Below are positions 61,138 to 64,000 of a DNA stretch of 64,000 bases, in pieces. Numbering within the stretch: position 1 is the stretch's first letter; every line of letters begins with the position of its first letter. The stretch lies in the NCBI RefSeq assembly GCF_006345805.1, contig NC_043019.1, positions 30,255,360-30,319,359 on the forward strand, in the 5' to 3' direction. Made by a program: the position numbers and the translations under genes. The notes beneath the pieces are model-generated. The model was not told where the DNA came from and did no database searches. It worked only from the letters and a program-made list of their open reading frames with translations. Source of the DNA: Octopus sinensis (lineage: Eukaryota).

Positions 61138-62040
61138 TGAGACAAATGGTAGATTGTAATGACCTCCAAAAGTGACTGGTACTTCAGTCTATCAAACATG
61201 GAGAGATGAAAGTCAAATTTGATCCTAGCAAAATTTGAACTCAGAATGTAAAGCAACAGAATTAAATACTGCAGGCATTTTATCCATATCCCCAACAATT
61301 CAGATAACAATAATAATTAATCTTTTCTTCTAGCTTTTGCTTTATATTTCATTTGTTATATTAATACACACACATACATACATATATACACATATATTAT
61401 ATACACAAAAATATATATCATACTTACACATACACATACAAATATGCATACACATACAAACATATATACACATACATACAAATATACACACATTTATACA
61501 CAGACATACAAATACTCTCGCATACCTATATAAACACAATCACATATACATACAATGCTAATACACACCATATACATATATGTATATATACACACACACA
61601 CATTTTTACTCAGCAACACCACAAACTGTAAGAGTTAATAGACCAAAAAATTTTACCCAAGTATGCCATACATCTTCCTACATAACAAACAGAGCACAAC
61701 CCTTGGTGTGTGGGTGTGTGTGTGTTCACTCTAGTGTTAAATATTCTACATTTTCCAGTCAATAATCAATCCACCATTCATGTGTCTTTCCTCTTCCCTT
61801 CTAATAAAGCAACCAACCTCACCTACTCCAGCCCACAAGATATTGCACTGCAAAACAATCCATCTCCCTTCCACCACATCATCTAACATATGCCACCCCC
61901 ACCCCTCAACCTTCCATCTATCCCTTCCCACAGGAAAAAACACTTCATTTAATTTTGTTCCACACTCATTTATTTTATTATGGAAGTTTCACACACCATT
62001 TTTATTCTGCTCCAGGAGATAGATAGATAGATATCACTCC

Positions 62041-62082
<42 letters not shown>

Positions 62083-63369
62083 TTGTGCATGTTGTGTATT
62101 CGAGTATGTGTGTGTGTGTGTGTATGTGGGGGTATATAATATAGAAACAACAGTTTGTATGTTTGCAAATGAGCATGTATGTTTACAAAACTACATCACA
62201 CATATGCCTATACATATAGACCGGTTGAATAAACCAGTAGGTGGAATTCACAAAGATGACTCTACTGGCTCTATTCTCTCTATTGAGTCAGCCCCCTCAG
62301 TAAATGATCTATTGTTAGTCTTAATCTAGCATTAGAGTAATAAACTTATTTAACACTGAAATATCATCACCATTATCATCATCAACATTCAACATCCGTT
62401 TTCTATGCTGATAAATACATAAAATCTATATACATGATACCCATAATTACAGACAGATTCATAAACACAACTATACATACATGTAGATAGATAGATATAA
62501 ACATATATACATATACATATTATATGTGCACACACAACCTACCCAACAGCATGCCAGCTCTTTCTCATCCCCCTGTTTACTGTGTAATCATTTCAGTTCT
62601 GCTGCCCCCTCCCCGGCACCAGATATCCCCTACTCCTTTCATTCTGGGCACCCCTGCTCTATTCATTCCTACTCACCTTGTATCATGAATGTCCACTCTA
62701 CCACCTCATCACCAGTTCCACACCCAACCCTCTCCTTTCAAACGTGAATAGCCATGTAGCTCCTCTTCAGCAAGAAACCTGCTTTGCTCCAGCCCATTTC
62801 TTTCATACTTTACTCCTATCTACTTCTTACTCTCCCCGTGTAATGTTTCCCCCACTCCACAGGCTTACAAGTTGCATTGGTACTGGTGGCACAAAGCAAA
62901 AATACGCAGTACATACTGTGAAATTATTGGCATTAGGAAGAGCATCCAGCCATAGAAACCATGCCAAACAGAAAGTGGAACATGACACAGCCCTTGGGTC
63001 CATCAGTTCCTGTCAAACCGTCCAACACATGTGCCAGCATAGTACATGGATGTCAAATGATGATGATAAACACACACAAATATATTGTAAACATTTACAT
63101 GCATATATACATACATATATATATATATCATCATCATCATCATCATTTAACGTCCGTTTTCCATGCTAGCATGGGTTGGACGGTTCGACCGGGGTCTGGT
63201 AAGCCATGGAGGCTGCACCAGGCTCCAGTCTGATTTGGCAGTGTTTCTACAGCTGGATGCCCTTCCTAACGCCAACCACTCCATGAGTGCAGTGGGTGTT
63301 TTTTACGTGCCACCGGCACAGGAGCCAGAGCAGGCTGGTGAACGGCCACGATCGGTTGGTGCTTTTACG

Positions 63370-63552
63370 TATATATATATATATATATATTTATATACAC
63401 ATACACATATATAAACACACACACACACATATATATATATATACATACACATATATACATATATATACATACACATATACACACATACATATATATATAC
63501 ACACACATATATATACACACATACATATATATACACACATACATATATATAC

Positions 63553-63610
<58 letters not shown>
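63370..63610. repeat. Compound (TA)n/(CA)n microsatellite
   Basis: Direct reading. Confidence 0.95.
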
Positions 63611-63615
<5 letters not shown>

Positions 63616-64000
63616 TCAACAGATATTTACATATATTCATACACAAAACAAATCTACCATTCCATATATAGACAGATATATATATAAACAAAGCTGTAGA
63701 ACCATATTGAAACACATACAGGCATACATATCCATCATCTGCTTTAAAGTCAATATTCTAAAGCTTGGTCAGGGTTGGAACCTAGCCTACACACAGCATC
63801 ATAGGGGACAGAGAGCGAAGGTGTATGTAAATTTAGATCTGTATAAGACTTTGGAGAAAGAGATAAACATGGAACCAGTCAACAAGAGACGATATTAAAA
63901 TGGTGTTTGTAAAATAGCACTCTAAAATACAGAACATTAGTGAATATTTCACTTTGCTTTCTCAATGCACACACAGATTTTTTTCTCTTTTTGTATTCAT

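Overview
AT-rich, microsatellite- and SINE-dense metazoan genomic DNA, most likely an octopus or other coleoid cephalopod (inferred from the repeat landscape, not proven). The one clear protein-coding gene is a cytohesin (ARF-GEF, Sec7 plus PH domains; steppke/GRP1/ARNO family) on the minus strand. Nine coding exons lie between 31306 and 1873, all GT-AG and frame-consistent. They give [23 protein letters not shown]...[15 protein letters not shown]...[20 protein letters not shown]...EEWMTAIK. I could not find the last exon (probably left of base 1) or the canonical coiled-coil exons (probably right of base 64000). The rest of the window is intron containing four or more tRNA-derived SINE families, RTE and CR1 LINE ends, Penelope-like fragments, an internally deleted piggyBac with related MITEs, and hAT and Tc1/mariner remnants. 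Best leads: (1) a minimal type-I hammerhead ribozyme fold with a U3-A8 core on the sense strand of the last visible intron; (2) several candidate alternative 5' exons, each frame-compatible with the first Sec7 exon; (3) an 88-nt cryptic cassette that is either a poison exon or the start of a PH-only isoform; (4) a ~143-bp inverted duplication with a sharp divergence step. All coordinates were counted by eye, and repeat boundaries are approximate.
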